The notes under the pieces are model-generated. The model saw only the letters and a list, made by a program, of their open reading frames with translations. It was not told the origin of the DNA and ran no database searches. Source: an uncultured Acidobacteriota bacterium (GTDB lineage Bacteria; Acidobacteriota; DATKUA01). From it: DNA of 64,000 nt. Below, in pieces: positions 38,990 to 49,379 of this stretch. The position numbers and the translations under genes are program-made. The DNA is taken from contig CAYOXX010000002.1 of NCBI GenBank assembly GCA_964408025.1, forward strand, positions 97,711 to 161,710, written 5' to 3'. The first letter of the stretch is position 1, and each line of letters opens with the position of its first letter.

Positions 38990-40804
38990 ATGAAATCAGT
39001 TAAGCCACAGTCGGTAAAGGTGCCGGAGGAACGTGAAAGTACGGGCGATTCCTACCCGTTGGATAAGCCGTCAAAGCTCGCAGACATACGCCGTTTTACG
39101 CAGGAAGTAGCCCTGGCGACCGCCGCCGTCACGCGAATCGATTTCAGTATCATCGACGAGAATCTCGTACGGGTTTCGGGCTCAGGCAACTACATCGACG
39201 AGGTGGATTTCATCTTACCGGCGCATTCCATTTCCGACCAGATATTGAAGACCGGCCAAGTGTATGTCCTTGAACATCCAAGGGAAGATCCCAGATGTAA
39301 GAAATGTAGCTACATGGGCCACTGCAAGGAGCTGGCCGAAATAAGTTATCCGGTGGTGCTCAACGGCACCCCCATCGGGAATATGGTTCTCGTCGCCTTC
39401 ACCAAGGAGCAGCGGAAACTCCTGCTGGAGCACCGGAACGATTACATTGAGTTCCTTAGCAAGATAGCGAACCTGCTGGTTAACAAGATCGAGTCCAAGG
39501 AAAAGGCGAGGCAAGTATCTCTGCTCAAGCAGCAACTCGAAACCCTAATCAACAAGATAGACCAGGGAATCGTCTACGTTGACGAGAATGGGAAGGTCCA
39601 GTTCTTTAACACCATAGCGAAACAATACCTACTCGAGGAGCTCAACTACGGTCTTTTGATGGAGTACTTCTTGCCCGAGATTTCCTGGCCGGTTACCGAC
39701 CAGATAGACAAGTTAGTCAGCCGAGATAACGAGACCTACTCAGTCAGCGTCAAACCACTGGAAGGCGTTGGCGCCTTGGTCGAAATTCAGCTCATAACCA
39801 CGATTCAACGCAAAGAGCATGATATCCGCCGCCGGATGGCAACCAAAACGCACGTGGCCGAGGCCACGTTCGACGACCTCGTTGGCAACCATCCGGAATT
39901 CCTTAAGACCGTCGAGATAGCGCGCAAATACAGCGTGGTCGACGCGACGGTACTGATCACGGCGGAGACGGGAACGGGAAAGGAGCTATTCGCACAAAGC
40001 TTGCACAACATGAGCCCCCGGCGCAACGGTCCGTTTGTGGCGGTCAATTGCGCCGCCCTGCCCGAAAGCCTGCTCGAGAGCGAGTTGTTCGGCTATGTGG
40101 GCGGCGCCTTCACCGGCGCCAAGCGGAGCGGTAAGGTGGGGCTCTTCGAGCAAGCCCACCGCGGCACGATCTTCCTCGACGAGATCGCCGAGATGCCCTT
40201 CCGGCTCCAGTCCAGCCTTCTACGCGTTCTGCAGCACAAGGAGGTGATGCGCATCGGCGACGACAAGCTGATACCTGTGGACGTCAGAATAATCACGGCA
40301 ACCAACAAGGATCTCCGGGCGCTGGTCGATAAGGAGCAGTTTCGCGAAGACCTTTATTACCGCCTCAATATCCTGAGGCTCGAAATACCGCCGCTGCGCA
40401 GACGCCGCGAGGATATTCCCCTTCTCGTTCAGCACTTCGCCATTCAGGTCTGCCGGACGTACAAGAGACCTCCGATATCTTTCTCGAAGGAGTGCGGGGA
40501 GAGGCTCAGCAACCACCACTGGCCTGGTAACATCAGAGAGCTCTATAATGTGATCCAGCGCGCCGTCCTCCTCGCCGTCGAGCCGATTATCAATGTCAAT
40601 GTGATTGACGGAATCCTCGAACATACAGGAGATGAGGGCAACGTCCAGAACCAACGGTTCGACCTGGATTTAACCGGATCCTTCAAGGACATCCAGCGAC
40701 AGATCATCCAGCAGCTATTCGAAGGTAGCAAAAGCGAGGACGAGGTAGCGCGTATCCTGGGGATTTCGAAAACCACGTTGTGGCGGCGGATGAATGCAAA
40801 ATGA
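38990..40804 (+). CDS. Sigma-54-dependent transcriptional activator with GAF and PAS sensor domains (no receiver domain), AAA+ GAFTGA motif and a Fis-type HTH
   Basis: ETGTGKE Walker A, GAFTGA, ESELFGY and a C-terminal HTH. A Cys/His cluster CKKCSYMGHC lies in the GAF domain. Confidence 0.85.
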   Translation: MKSVKPQSVKVPEERESTGDSYPLDKPSKLADIRRFTQEVALATAAVTRIDFSIIDENLVRVSGSGNYIDEVDFILPAHSISDQILKTGQVYVLEHPREDPRCKKCSYMGHCKELAEISYPVVLNGTPIGNMVLVAFTKEQRKLLLEHRNDYIEFLSKIANLLVNKIESKEKARQVSLLKQQLETLINKIDQGIVYVDENGKVQFFNTIAKQYLLEELNYGLLMEYFLPEISWPVTDQIDKLVSRDNETYSVSVKPLEGVGALVEIQLITTIQRKEHDIRRRMATKTHVAEATFDDLVGNHPEFLKTVEIARKYSVVDATVLITAETGTGKELFAQSLHNMSPRRNGPFVAVNCAALPESLLESELFGYVGGAFTGAKRSGKVGLFEQAHRGTIFLDEIAEMPFRLQSSLLRVLQHKEVMRIGDDKLIPVDVRIITATNKDLRALVDKEQFREDLYYRLNILRLEIPPLRRRREDIPLLVQHFAIQVCRTYKRPPISFSKECGERLSNHHWPGNIRELYNVIQRAVLLAVEPIINVNVIDGILEHTGDEGNVQNQRFDLDLTGSFKDIQRQIIQQLFEGSKSEDEVARILGISKTTLWRRMNAK

Positions 40805-41533
40805 AAACAACGATTTCAAATTGAAATACGTTAGCACGAATACTCTCCCCGCAAGCCGATCAAAAGAGATCCCACTGAGTATGCGCAATCGGTATGGCAA
40901 GCCTCTCATCTTCGCCGACGAGATCCGACCCTGTTGACAAAGATGCATGTTATGCCACCGGTCCGAGCCCGATCCGCCCGATAGACTGTTAACAGATTTG
41001 TCTTTCAGAAGGCTCGGTGGCATTTTCGGGAGTGATAGAAAGGCGTAATCCTATCGCCGATGTGAAAGCGATCCTTCCCGGATGATAAGGTACTTCGCTT
41101 CCCGGCGCGTCCGCCGGACAGAGACCCTTGTCTCCTCTCGAGCCCTTGGGCGAGACGGGCGCATTCGAATGGTTGCTTCTAGTCTCGACAAAGTCGCGGA
41201 AGCGGCTGAAAACAGTCGCGCACAGGCTACAGGCGAGTCGCGTTGAAAACGTTTTCCCATCCCACCAGGGCGGCATATATTTTGCTAATTATCGGGCTGG
41301 AGCGAAGGTGAATAGTATTTTGCGGCAGCTTTTCTATCTCGAGTCGGGAATCACGAGTACGATTCCATCGCCCCGCTTGAAATTTTCAGCGTAAGATGAA
41401 AGGCTGGAGATACAAACCCTTTGATGAAACAAGCCCCGCCTTGCGGGAGTAGGGAGGAGGTGCCATTTGACATGAAAAGGAACATAGCTTTTCACCAGTA
41501 TCAAGAACTGCAAATCTTCCCAAGGAGTATGAT

Positions 41534-44203
41534 ATGAAGAAAAATATCATAGCAGCGGCACTGATCCTGATGTTCCTGTTCAGTGCCCAACTGCTGTACG
41601 GTCAGCGCGCAACGGCAAAGCTGGAGGGCACGATCAGGGACACCGACGGCCTGGTTGTGACCGGAGTCACGGTGACCGCCAGCAATCCCGAGACCGGCAT
41701 CACATGGACGGTCACTTCCGATGACCGCGGCCGCTACGTCTTCTACACGCTGCCGGCTGGCAGCTACGACATCAGGCTCTCCAAGCCCGACTACCAGGAA
41801 CAGCTAGTCGAAGGCATCAGGCTTTTCATCGGCCAGGAGATCAACTACGACTTCGAAATGGTGGCCGGCGTTTTCGAGGAGACTATTGTGATCACCGGCG
41901 AAGCGCCGCTGGTGGAGCTGAAGAAGTCGGACGTGGGGATGGTTATCGCCCAGGAATTCATCCAGTCGATCCCGATCGTCAACAGGACCTTCGAGAGCCT
42001 CGCCCACCTCTCCCCCGGCGTCGTTCCCAACTTCTCGGGTGCCGGCCTCGGCACCAACGTCTCCGTCAACGCCCAGCGCGGCTACAGCAACACCTTCCTG
42101 ATCGACGGAGTGAGTAACGACAACGCCCGCCTCGGCTTTAACATCAACTCCATCTCGCAGGACGCCATACAGGAGTTCGATGTCATCACCCAGATGGCGC
42201 CGGCGGAGTACGGCCAGGCCATCGGCGGGATCATCAACATCGCCACCCGCAGCGGCGGCAATGAATTCCACGGTTCGGCGTTCGGCTTCTTCCAGGACGG
42301 CAGGTTGAACACGCTGCACTACTACGCCACGGAGAAGCCGGAAACCAGCCGGATAATGGGCGGCTTCACTCTGGGCGGACCGATAATCCGCGACAAGGCC
42401 CACTTCTTCTTCAGCTACGAGGGCGACGACAACGACTACTACACCTTCGTCACGCAGCCGCGCAATCCCGGCCAGCACCCCGCGGGCTGGGTCGAGCACC
42501 TCACCATGGTCAGGATCGACTACCGGCCCAATGAGCGGGACATGTTCAACTTCCGCTTCAACGGGACCAACAACACGTGGGTAAATCTCTTCGTCGGCGA
42601 ATGGGACGACGAAACCACCGGTTGGGACGAAGTACGCTATTCCTACACATTCCAGGCCAACTATGTCCGCTGGTTTGGTACGGACATGGTCAACGAGCTG
42701 CGTTTCGCCTACACCAGGCAGAACTACAAGGGCGATCCCTACACCGAATCCGGGCCCTTCCACTGGCACTGGAACGGCAACTGGGGCAAGTGGCTCACGC
42801 TGCCCTACAACGTCAACGACTCCAACCTCCAGCTCCTAGATAACTTCACCATCATGACCGACACCCACACGTTCAAGTTCGGCGCCGACTACATCCGCGT
42901 GGGCAACTGGGGAGCTAACCGCAACTGGGGCGACGGGGCCTGGGAATTCTGGGGCAACAATCTGGAGTTCGATCCGGGCGTCCCCGCATCGTACCCCAAG
43001 TGGTACCAGAGGCGGCTCGGGCCTGACGACTACGAGGTTCCCGACAACCTGATCTCCTTCTTCGTCCAGGACCAGTGGGACATCAGCGACAACTTCACCA
43101 TCAACTACGGTCTCCGTTGGGAATACGAGGACTTCTTCACCAGGATCCCGTCGAAGGCGGTGCTTTTTGACGGGGAAGTCTCGCCCGACCTGAACAACTT
43201 CATGCCTCGTATCGGCTTCACCTGGCGGCCATGGGAGGACGGAAACACGGTCATCCGCGGCGGCTACGGCAGGTTCTACAACCAGGTGCCGGGCAACCAG
43301 GCCGTGTTCATCATGATCAACACCGTCAACACCCTGGGGTGGATAACCATATGGGAGGACAACGGCATCATGTCTTATCCCAACCCGCCGGTCATCGACG
43401 TTCTTGATCCCTCCGTGTTCTGGGGCAAGGACGTCATGGACTCGGAAGCCGAGCTTCCCAAGCTGGACCAGTTTACCATCGGCATCTCGCACCAACTCAC
43501 GCGCAGCACCGCCGTCCACGCCGACTTCACTTACAACAGGGGCTCCCAACTCTGGGGAATGGTCAACCGCAACGCGCGCGATCCTGTTACAGGTCTGCGG
43601 CCGGATCCTAACTGGAGGTGTCTCGCCACCCAGTCGGCCATTCTCAGCTCCGAATACAAGGGTTTGCTCACACGCCTGGAGCATCGTTTCCCGCGCGGCG
43701 TTCTCAACGTCTCCTACACTTATGCCTACGCCTACGACAACAATCGCGGCGACCCGAATTCCGCCGGCGTAACCGACCAGTTCGACCTCGACGTCGACTG
43801 GGGTCCGTCTCCGAACGACATCCGCCACCGCCTGGTCATCAGCGGCTTCGTGGGGCTGCCGTTTGGGTTCAACGTCTCCGGCGTCTTGAATTACCGCACG
43901 GCGTCTCCCTACAGCCAGCGAGAGGGATGGGACATCAACGGAGATGATTTCACCAACGACCGCCCGCCCGGGGTGCCCAAGAACTCGGAACGCGGCGACG
44001 ACTGGTCCACACTCGACTTGCGATTCACCAAGTTCTTCTCACTCGACCGCTACCGCGTGGAGTTCTTTGCCGAAGTCTTCAATCTCTTCAACACCGTGAA
44101 CTTCAGCAGCTACAGAAACAACATCTACGACGAAAACTTCGGCGAACCGACCTGGGCTGCCGATGCCAGGACGTGGCAACTGGGCTTCCGCTTCGACTTC
44201 TGA
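41534..44203 (+). CDS. TonB-dependent receptor-like outer-membrane beta-barrel with an N-terminal carboxypeptidase-regulatory-like domain
   Basis: Signal peptide, CarbopepD_reg-like N-terminus, plug-like region, and a C-terminal aromatic residue (…FRFDF). Confidence 0.75.
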   Translation: MKKNIIAAALILMFLFSAQLLYGQRATAKLEGTIRDTDGLVVTGVTVTASNPETGITWTVTSDDRGRYVFYTLPAGSYDIRLSKPDYQEQLVEGIRLFIGQEINYDFEMVAGVFEETIVITGEAPLVELKKSDVGMVIAQEFIQSIPIVNRTFESLAHLSPGVVPNFSGAGLGTNVSVNAQRGYSNTFLIDGVSNDNARLGFNINSISQDAIQEFDVITQMAPAEYGQAIGGIINIATRSGGNEFHGSAFGFFQDGRLNTLHYYATEKPETSRIMGGFTLGGPIIRDKAHFFFSYEGDDNDYYTFVTQPRNPGQHPAGWVEHLTMVRIDYRPNERDMFNFRFNGTNNTWVNLFVGEWDDETTGWDEVRYSYTFQANYVRWFGTDMVNELRFAYTRQNYKGDPYTESGPFHWHWNGNWGKWLTLPYNVNDSNLQLLDNFTIMTDTHTFKFGADYIRVGNWGANRNWGDGAWEFWGNNLEFDPGVPASYPKWYQRRLGPDDYEVPDNLISFFVQDQWDISDNFTINYGLRWEYEDFFTRIPSKAVLFDGEVSPDLNNFMPRIGFTWRPWEDGNTVIRGGYGRFYNQVPGNQAVFIMINTVNTLGWITIWEDNGIMSYPNPPVIDVLDPSVFWGKDVMDSEAELPKLDQFTIGISHQLTRSTAVHADFTYNRGSQLWGMVNRNARDPVTGLRPDPNWRCLATQSAILSSEYKGLLTRLEHRFPRGVLNVSYTYAYAYDNNRGDPNSAGVTDQFDLDVDWGPSPNDIRHRLVISGFVGLPFGFNVSGVLNYRTASPYSQREGWDINGDDFTNDRPPGVPKNSERGDDWSTLDLRFTKFFSLDRYRVEFFAEVFNLFNTVNFSSYRNNIYDENFGEPTWAADARTWQLGFRFDF

Positions 44204-44230
44204 CGGCAACTACCAGCCGCTATCGCGGAA

Positions 44231-44266
44231 AAGGAGTTGGGGGAAAACCCCAACTCCTTTTTTTCC
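44231..44266. terminator. Bidirectional rho-independent terminator (aaggagttgggg, loop gaaaa, ccccaactcctt, flanked by T and A runs)
   Basis: 12-bp perfect stem between convergent genes. Confidence 0.6.
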
Positions 44267-44333
44267 AATCACTGCGGATCACACAGAAGAAACTGACAAC
44301 TAACCACTCGTCAGCTCACGCGGAGAATATGTT

Positions 44334-45356
44334 CTATTCATCCTGCCGATAAGTGTCCGCGAAGTAATCGTAGGCCATGCGGGATATCCGTCCCACAGCG
44401 ATCTCGAATTCATACCATTCAGATCTCAGGTCGTTGGCGAATACGCAGACGACCACGTGGCCCGCGCCGTTAGGTAGGAAGATGATCCCGGAGTCGCAGA
44501 GTACCGTCTGCCTCCAGTCCCTGCCGAGGCTGCCCCCCTTGCGGGCGACGGTGGTGCCGAAGGGAAGGTAACGGGTTATCAGCCGCGCGCCGGTGTGGTG
44601 ACGCAAAGTGTTGATGATCGAGTCGCTGGTTTCCCGGTCCACGATTTCGCCCTTCACCAGCTTCTCCAGCAGGATGCCGATCTCGCGTGGAGTGGACATG
44701 TTGTGTACCTCGGCGTCCCACCGCGCCATGCGCTCCCGGCGCTCCTCGCTCGCCCAGTATTCGGCGGGAATCCTCCAGAGTTGCGGGATGGTCAGCCGCT
44801 CGTTCATGTCCAGCCCGAGGTAGCCGAGGATAAGCTGGTTTGTGTTGAGGTCGATCACCGTCCGCTCCAGGCCCAGCTCCCGCATGTAGGCGTCGATCCT
44901 CTCGGCGCCGACAACGTCGAAGAGTATGTCTGTGGCGGTGTTGTCGCTGACGGCCATCATCAGCAATTGCAGGTCGTTGAGCGAGAGATTCAGGCCGGGC
45001 CTCATGGCCGGTAGCAATCCGCTGCCGTAGGTCTTCATCGCCTCGGTCAGGACGATGCGGTCTTCGAGGGAGTAGTAACCCTCGTCGATGAGCCTGAACA
45101 GGGTCACCAGCACGGGGATCTTGAAGACGCTGGCGATCTGGTACTGCTCGTCCTCGTTTATGCCTACCGATTCCCCCGATTCCACGTGCAGGACGTATAC
45201 GCCAACATCGCCCTCGATGCCGCTCGCCACGACCTCGATCCGGTTCTGAAGTTCTTCCAGGGACTCGATTTCCGGGAACTCCAGCGATTCCTGAGCCGCG
45301 AGCGGGGCGGCAAGTAGAAAGAATGACGATAACATCGCATATATGCTTCGCTTCAT
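44334..45356 (-). CDS. Secreted class A beta-lactamase-like serine hydrolase
   Basis: SVFK (SxxK), SDN and a KGG-variant of the KTG box. Confidence 0.6.
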   Translation of the reverse strand: MKRSIYAMLSSFFLLAAPLAAQESLEFPEIESLEELQNRIEVVASGIEGDVGVYVLHVESGESVGINEDEQYQIASVFKIPVLVTLFRLIDEGYYSLEDRIVLTEAMKTYGSGLLPAMRPGLNLSLNDLQLLMMAVSDNTATDILFDVVGAERIDAYMRELGLERTVIDLNTNQLILGYLGLDMNERLTIPQLWRIPAEYWASEERRERMARWDAEVHNMSTPREIGILLEKLVKGEIVDRETSDSIINTLRHHTGARLITRYLPFGTTVARKGGSLGRDWRQTVLCDSGIIFLPNGAGHVVVCVFANDLRSEWYEFEIAVGRISRMAYDYFADTYRQDE

Positions 45357-45585
45357 AACGGCCTCCGCGCTAAAGGTTAGGTTACGTAACTGGGAGTGTC
45401 TTCAGACGGCTCTGCTCCTCGGATTCCCTGCGGTTCTGCAGTTACCACATGAGATCATTATTGCAAATATCATGCCCCGGTCTTCTGTTCCTCGGACGGC
45501 GTAGGTGATGTCCTTATCGCGGCTTAAGAATGAAGGGGTGTAGGTTACCTTCGGTCTGTAAAACCGAGTGTTCGATCCTTATGCA

Positions 45586-45752
45586 AGGCCGCCACAGCGG
45601 CCGACGTGACATGGGAGCACAGGCGCTGTGCCGTCGGTATGGAACCCAAACCAGCCTTTCCTGCGAGTGACATGTGGAGCTGGACTACCGCACCGAAGGG
45701 CGGCTACGCGTAATGGGACCGCCAGCCTTGCGGTGGCGTAGAGGGTGGGTTT
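45586..45752. repeat. Diverged duplicate of the segment immediately 3' of tRNA-Ser. It comprises a hairpin aggccgccacagcggccg, the block catgggagcacaggcgctgtgc, and a degenerate copy of the tRNA-Ser 3' end tggcgtagagggtgggtttc
   Basis: Compared with 46729-46840; 18 of 20 nt of the tRNA 3' end match. Confidence 0.4.
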
Positions 45753-45911
45753 CTTTCTCGGAGTGGATCAGGAAATAACCCGAGAAAATACTCTACTTGG
45801 CTAAGCATGTTCGGCCATGTACAATCGGCCTGTTCATTAAGGATCGGCTAGAGCTACAGATCTCGGATTGTCCGGGGCGGCTGATTGCCAATGCGTTTGG
45901 GAGAGATGAAA

Positions 45912-46298
45912 ATGAAGATTCTAACGTCTGTGATGCTCGCTTGTGCTTTGGGGATATTCGTTCTCCTAGTGTCCCTTAACACGGCATGTACTCAGGAAGA
46001 TGCTGTAGGCACTGAAGATGTAGCTGAATATCAAGAGACTGAGGTGACTCTGGACCAGGTTCCAACGGCAGTCAGAGAGACGATGCTTAGTGAGGCTGGC
46101 GAGAACGTGATTACGGAGGTTGAAAGAGTTACCAGGGGAGATCGCGAGATATTCGAAGCAGAATGGATCGAAAATGAACAGGAAGTCGAAATCAGGGTGG
46201 CTGCAGACGGCACTCTCCTCAGCAAGTGTTTTGAGTTCGTTGACGACGACGATGACGACGATGACGACAATTACAACGATGATGACGATGAGTACTGA
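45912..46298 (+). CDS. Small secreted protein with a PepSY-like core and a poly-Asp acidic tail (DDDDDDDDDNYNDDDDEY)
   Basis: Shine-Dalgarno GGGAGAG 6 nt before the ATG at 45912. Low-GC gene. Confidence 0.4.
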   Translation: MKILTSVMLACALGIFVLLVSLNTACTQEDAVGTEDVAEYQETEVTLDQVPTAVRETMLSEAGENVITEVERVTRGDREIFEAEWIENEQEVEIRVAADGTLLSKCFEFVDDDDDDDDDNYNDDDDEY

Positions 46299-46816
46299 CA
46301 CCTGGAGAGGATACCGATCACTAATCCGCTAAAATCCTGATTTATGAGCAATTACCTGTCTATGAGGTGGATACCTAATTTTCACTCCTGAATCAGAGAG
46401 ATCGTATGTGAATTGCTGTCCTAACCTGTTCGCACAAATGGCTAGAGTGGAATGTTGTGAAGATTTTAAACCTTCTGGCGGAAAGGTTGGGATCAATGAC
46501 GGCCTTTCTCGCGAGTGACGGGTGGAGGTAGATGAGTGCACCGGTCGGCCGCTACGCGGATTGTTGCTTACTTGTAAAGTAAGTGGCGGAGAGGGTGGGA
46601 TTTCCGCCTCCGTCCGCACTCGCTATGCTTCGGCGTACTACGGCGGACTAGCTCACCTGGGCGTGGGTTCTCATCCCATAAAATTCGGAAGTATCTAGTG
46701 AATGTTTGTCACGCGCGTTAGGCCCGCTGAGGCCGCCACGGCGGCCGATAAGGGCCGTCAAGCCTATAGGAATCGCGCGAGTGTTGCTTCGCGACCATGA
46801 GAGCACAGGCACTGTG

Positions 46817-46909
<93 letters not shown>

Positions 46910-47052
46910 GAGGGGAACGAATTCTACACCGCAGGCCCGCCCGTCGCAATCGCCCCGCCAGGTTTCCACTCTCCGACCCGAGCCCGCGGCCGCGCGCTAC
47001 GGCTCGTTGTCCAGCCACGCGGGCTCGGTTAAGATGAGCGCCGGAGGGAACT

Positions 47053-47640
47053 GTGGAATCGATCCTCGGCCTCGTAGACAGCATGCCCACCTTCTTCATC
47101 TTCATGTCGATCGCGACTTCGTTCGTCCCGATTCCCGATTTCCCGGTGATCCTCAACCTGGCCGGCTCGGGGGCCCACCCAGCCTGGCTGATCGCGCTGG
47201 TCGGCGGCCTAGGCACCTGCGTCGCCGGCCTCATTGATTACTGGGTGGTTACCCAGTTCCGGCGCCTCAAGAGTATCGAGCGGTTGCTCGAGCATCGCCG
47301 CTACCGGATCGCCGAGCACTACTTCCGGAAGGTTGCCTTCCTCAGCATCGTCGCCAGCGGCTTCCTCGTCTTTATCCCCTTCGACCCGTTCAAGCTGCTG
47401 GCCGCGACGGCCCGCTACGACAAGTATAAGTATGTTGCCGCAATCTTCATCGGCAGGGCGCCGCGCTACTATCTGACCGCGGTCCTGGGAGAGGCTGTGC
47501 GCTTCCAACCGGCGTTGCTCGGCGCTACGTTCCTGATACTGCTGGCCATTCCGATCGCTCAATATCTTCACCGGAGGACTCGCCAGAAGGGCCGCGCCGC
47601 CACTGCTGGCGATTCCGACACATTTCCGCACCTACAATAA
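47053..47640 (+). CDS. Small polytopic membrane protein (YqaA/DedA-like, tentative)
   Basis: Hydrophobicity pattern only. Confidence 0.3.
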   Translation: MESILGLVDSMPTFFIFMSIATSFVPIPDFPVILNLAGSGAHPAWLIALVGGLGTCVAGLIDYWVVTQFRRLKSIERLLEHRRYRIAEHYFRKVAFLSIVASGFLVFIPFDPFKLLAATARYDKYKYVAAIFIGRAPRYYLTAVLGEAVRFQPALLGATFLILLAIPIAQYLHRRTRQKGRAATAGDSDTFPHLQ

Positions 47641-47818
47641 TTATTAAATTCCATTCGCTGTCGTCTACCCTTGCCACAACGATGTTGCTTGAAATAGTAG
47701 AGAATATTTTAAGGTAAAACTATAAAACTAAATATCGCAATTACACTACCCAGTTGCAATATCAAAATGAACATAAATTGATTGATTTTGGATAAACCAT
47801 TGATAAATCAGCAGGTCG

Positions 47819-47847
47819 TTGACAAAGTGCATTCAAATCCCTTATAA
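47819..47847 (+). promoter_or_regulatory. Near-consensus sigma-70 promoter: TTGACA, then 17 nt, then TATAAT, in an AT-rich spacer
   Basis: Exact hexamers with 17-nt spacing, about 12 nt upstream of the GTG of ORF 47859. Confidence 0.45.
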
Positions 47848-47858
47848 TACAAGTTGTA

Positions 47859-49370
47859 GTGGAGGGAAGTGCTGTACGTAACAACATTCAGGCTCGCCCC
47901 ATGGGCTTCCGCAGATGTCGATATGTACTGGCAGCAACGCTGTTAGCTACCTTCGCTGCCGGCGCGGCGGGACCAGCCGACAGCGACGACATGCCGCCAG
48001 CCGGGTTACCCGACTCGCTGATTGAGCTGGGCACCGGCGGCAGCTCCTACGCCATCGTCGTCGACAAGAGTCAGTCCTCTCTCGATATCTACCACAAGCT
48101 CGATGACGGGGCCGTGGTCAGGGTGCGCAGTTTTCAGGCCTCGACGGGTCTCAACGGCGGCGACAAGCGGCACGAGGGCGACCAGCGAACCCCCGAGGGC
48201 ATCTACTACTTCATTCGCATTCGGGAAGACGATGAGCTGCTGAGCGAGTACGGAATCCGCGCCTTCGACCTCAACTACCCCAACGAGCTGGACCGCATCC
48301 TGGGCAAAGAGGGAAGCGGCATCTGGCTGCACGCCACCGACGAGCCGGAGCGGCTGCTGGAACCCCGCTCCAGCCGCGGCTGCGTGGTGGTGAGCAACGA
48401 TGACATCCGCGAGATCTCCCGCTACATCACCCTCTACCGCACCCCCATCGTGATCACCGACCGATCGTCTTACAATAGCCCGGCGGAGCTGGGCGCCGCC
48501 CGTGAGAGGATACAGCTGTTCGTCCGGAGCTGGCTCGATTCCTGGGCGTCTCAGGACTTCGAACGCTACAGCCGCTGCTACAGCGACGGCTTCCGCGGCG
48601 GCGGCGAGAGACTGCGTGCCTGGATGCGACGTAAGCGTGCTGTATTCCAAGCGACCACCTGGGCCGGAATCGACGTCGCCGACATCAAAATCATGCGCTG
48701 CGGCAACTACTACGCCATCAGCTTCTACCAGCGCTACCGCTCTAACCTGATGGACGACACCGGTATTAAAAGCATCTACGTCGTCGAGGAAGCCGACTGT
48801 CCAGGGATCGTGGGCGAAGAGTGGCACCCCGTCGGCTACGCGCGCTCCGGCAGCAGCTGGCACCAAGGCCCGCCCCGTCTCAGCGCCGTCGTCAGCGACC
48901 TGGCGGAGGTCGAATTAGACGCTGCCGGGAGGCTCGCCCTGGCGAGCCCACAGATGCGGCTGCCGCTGTCGGATGCGGGCGGTAGGCGCAGGGGCGCAGC
49001 GCGGACCGCAGCACCGGTGGTGGCCGCGGAAGCGTTTCAGATCACCGGCGCGCAGGGCGACCGCATCGCTTTCAGCATGCGCCTGAGCAAGGTGAGCCGG
49101 GATGCCTCGATCCGGCGAGGCTGGATGTTCCTGGTGGCGCGCTGGGGTGGGCAGCACGGCTACACAGTCTTCCCCGACGCACCTCTGCGGGACGGCCGCC
49201 CGGTCGCCTATGCTGCGGGCGACAGATACGGCATCCGGTGGTTCAAGATAGTCGAGGGCACCATCGAGCGACCTGCTCACGACGCCACGCTGCAGGAGAT
49301 CCGCTGCCTCGTCTTCTCCGCCGAGGGAGAGCTGCTCGTCGACTCCGTCCTTGCAACCGGAGTGTCATAA
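47859..49370 (+). CDS. Secreted L,D-transpeptidase (YkuD domain) with a C-terminal NTF2/SnoaL-like domain and a C-terminal extension. GTG start; the true start may be the ATG at 47901
   Basis: Catalytic His/Cys motifs (GIWLHAT ... SRGCVVV). Confidence 0.7.
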   Translation: MEGSAVRNNIQARPMGFRRCRYVLAATLLATFAAGAAGPADSDDMPPAGLPDSLIELGTGGSSYAIVVDKSQSSLDIYHKLDDGAVVRVRSFQASTGLNGGDKRHEGDQRTPEGIYYFIRIREDDELLSEYGIRAFDLNYPNELDRILGKEGSGIWLHATDEPERLLEPRSSRGCVVVSNDDIREISRYITLYRTPIVITDRSSYNSPAELGAARERIQLFVRSWLDSWASQDFERYSRCYSDGFRGGGERLRAWMRRKRAVFQATTWAGIDVADIKIMRCGNYYAISFYQRYRSNLMDDTGIKSIYVVEEADCPGIVGEEWHPVGYARSGSSWHQGPPRLSAVVSDLAEVELDAAGRLALASPQMRLPLSDAGGRRRGAARTAAPVVAAEAFQITGAQGDRIAFSMRLSKVSRDASIRRGWMFLVARWGGQHGYTVFPDAPLRDGRPVAYAAGDRYGIRWFKIVEGTIERPAHDATLQEIRCLVFSAEGELLVDSVLATGVS

Positions 49371-49379
49371 GGAGGCTAT

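Noticed and set aside
40805-41533. Sigma-54 promoter or cobalamin riboswitch in the leader of the TonB receptor gene
   Set aside because: No convincing TGGCAC-N5-TTGC element was found by eye. The resemblance to the B12 riboswitch core is weak and lacks the GCCACTG box. Left as a suggestion for an Rfam scan only.
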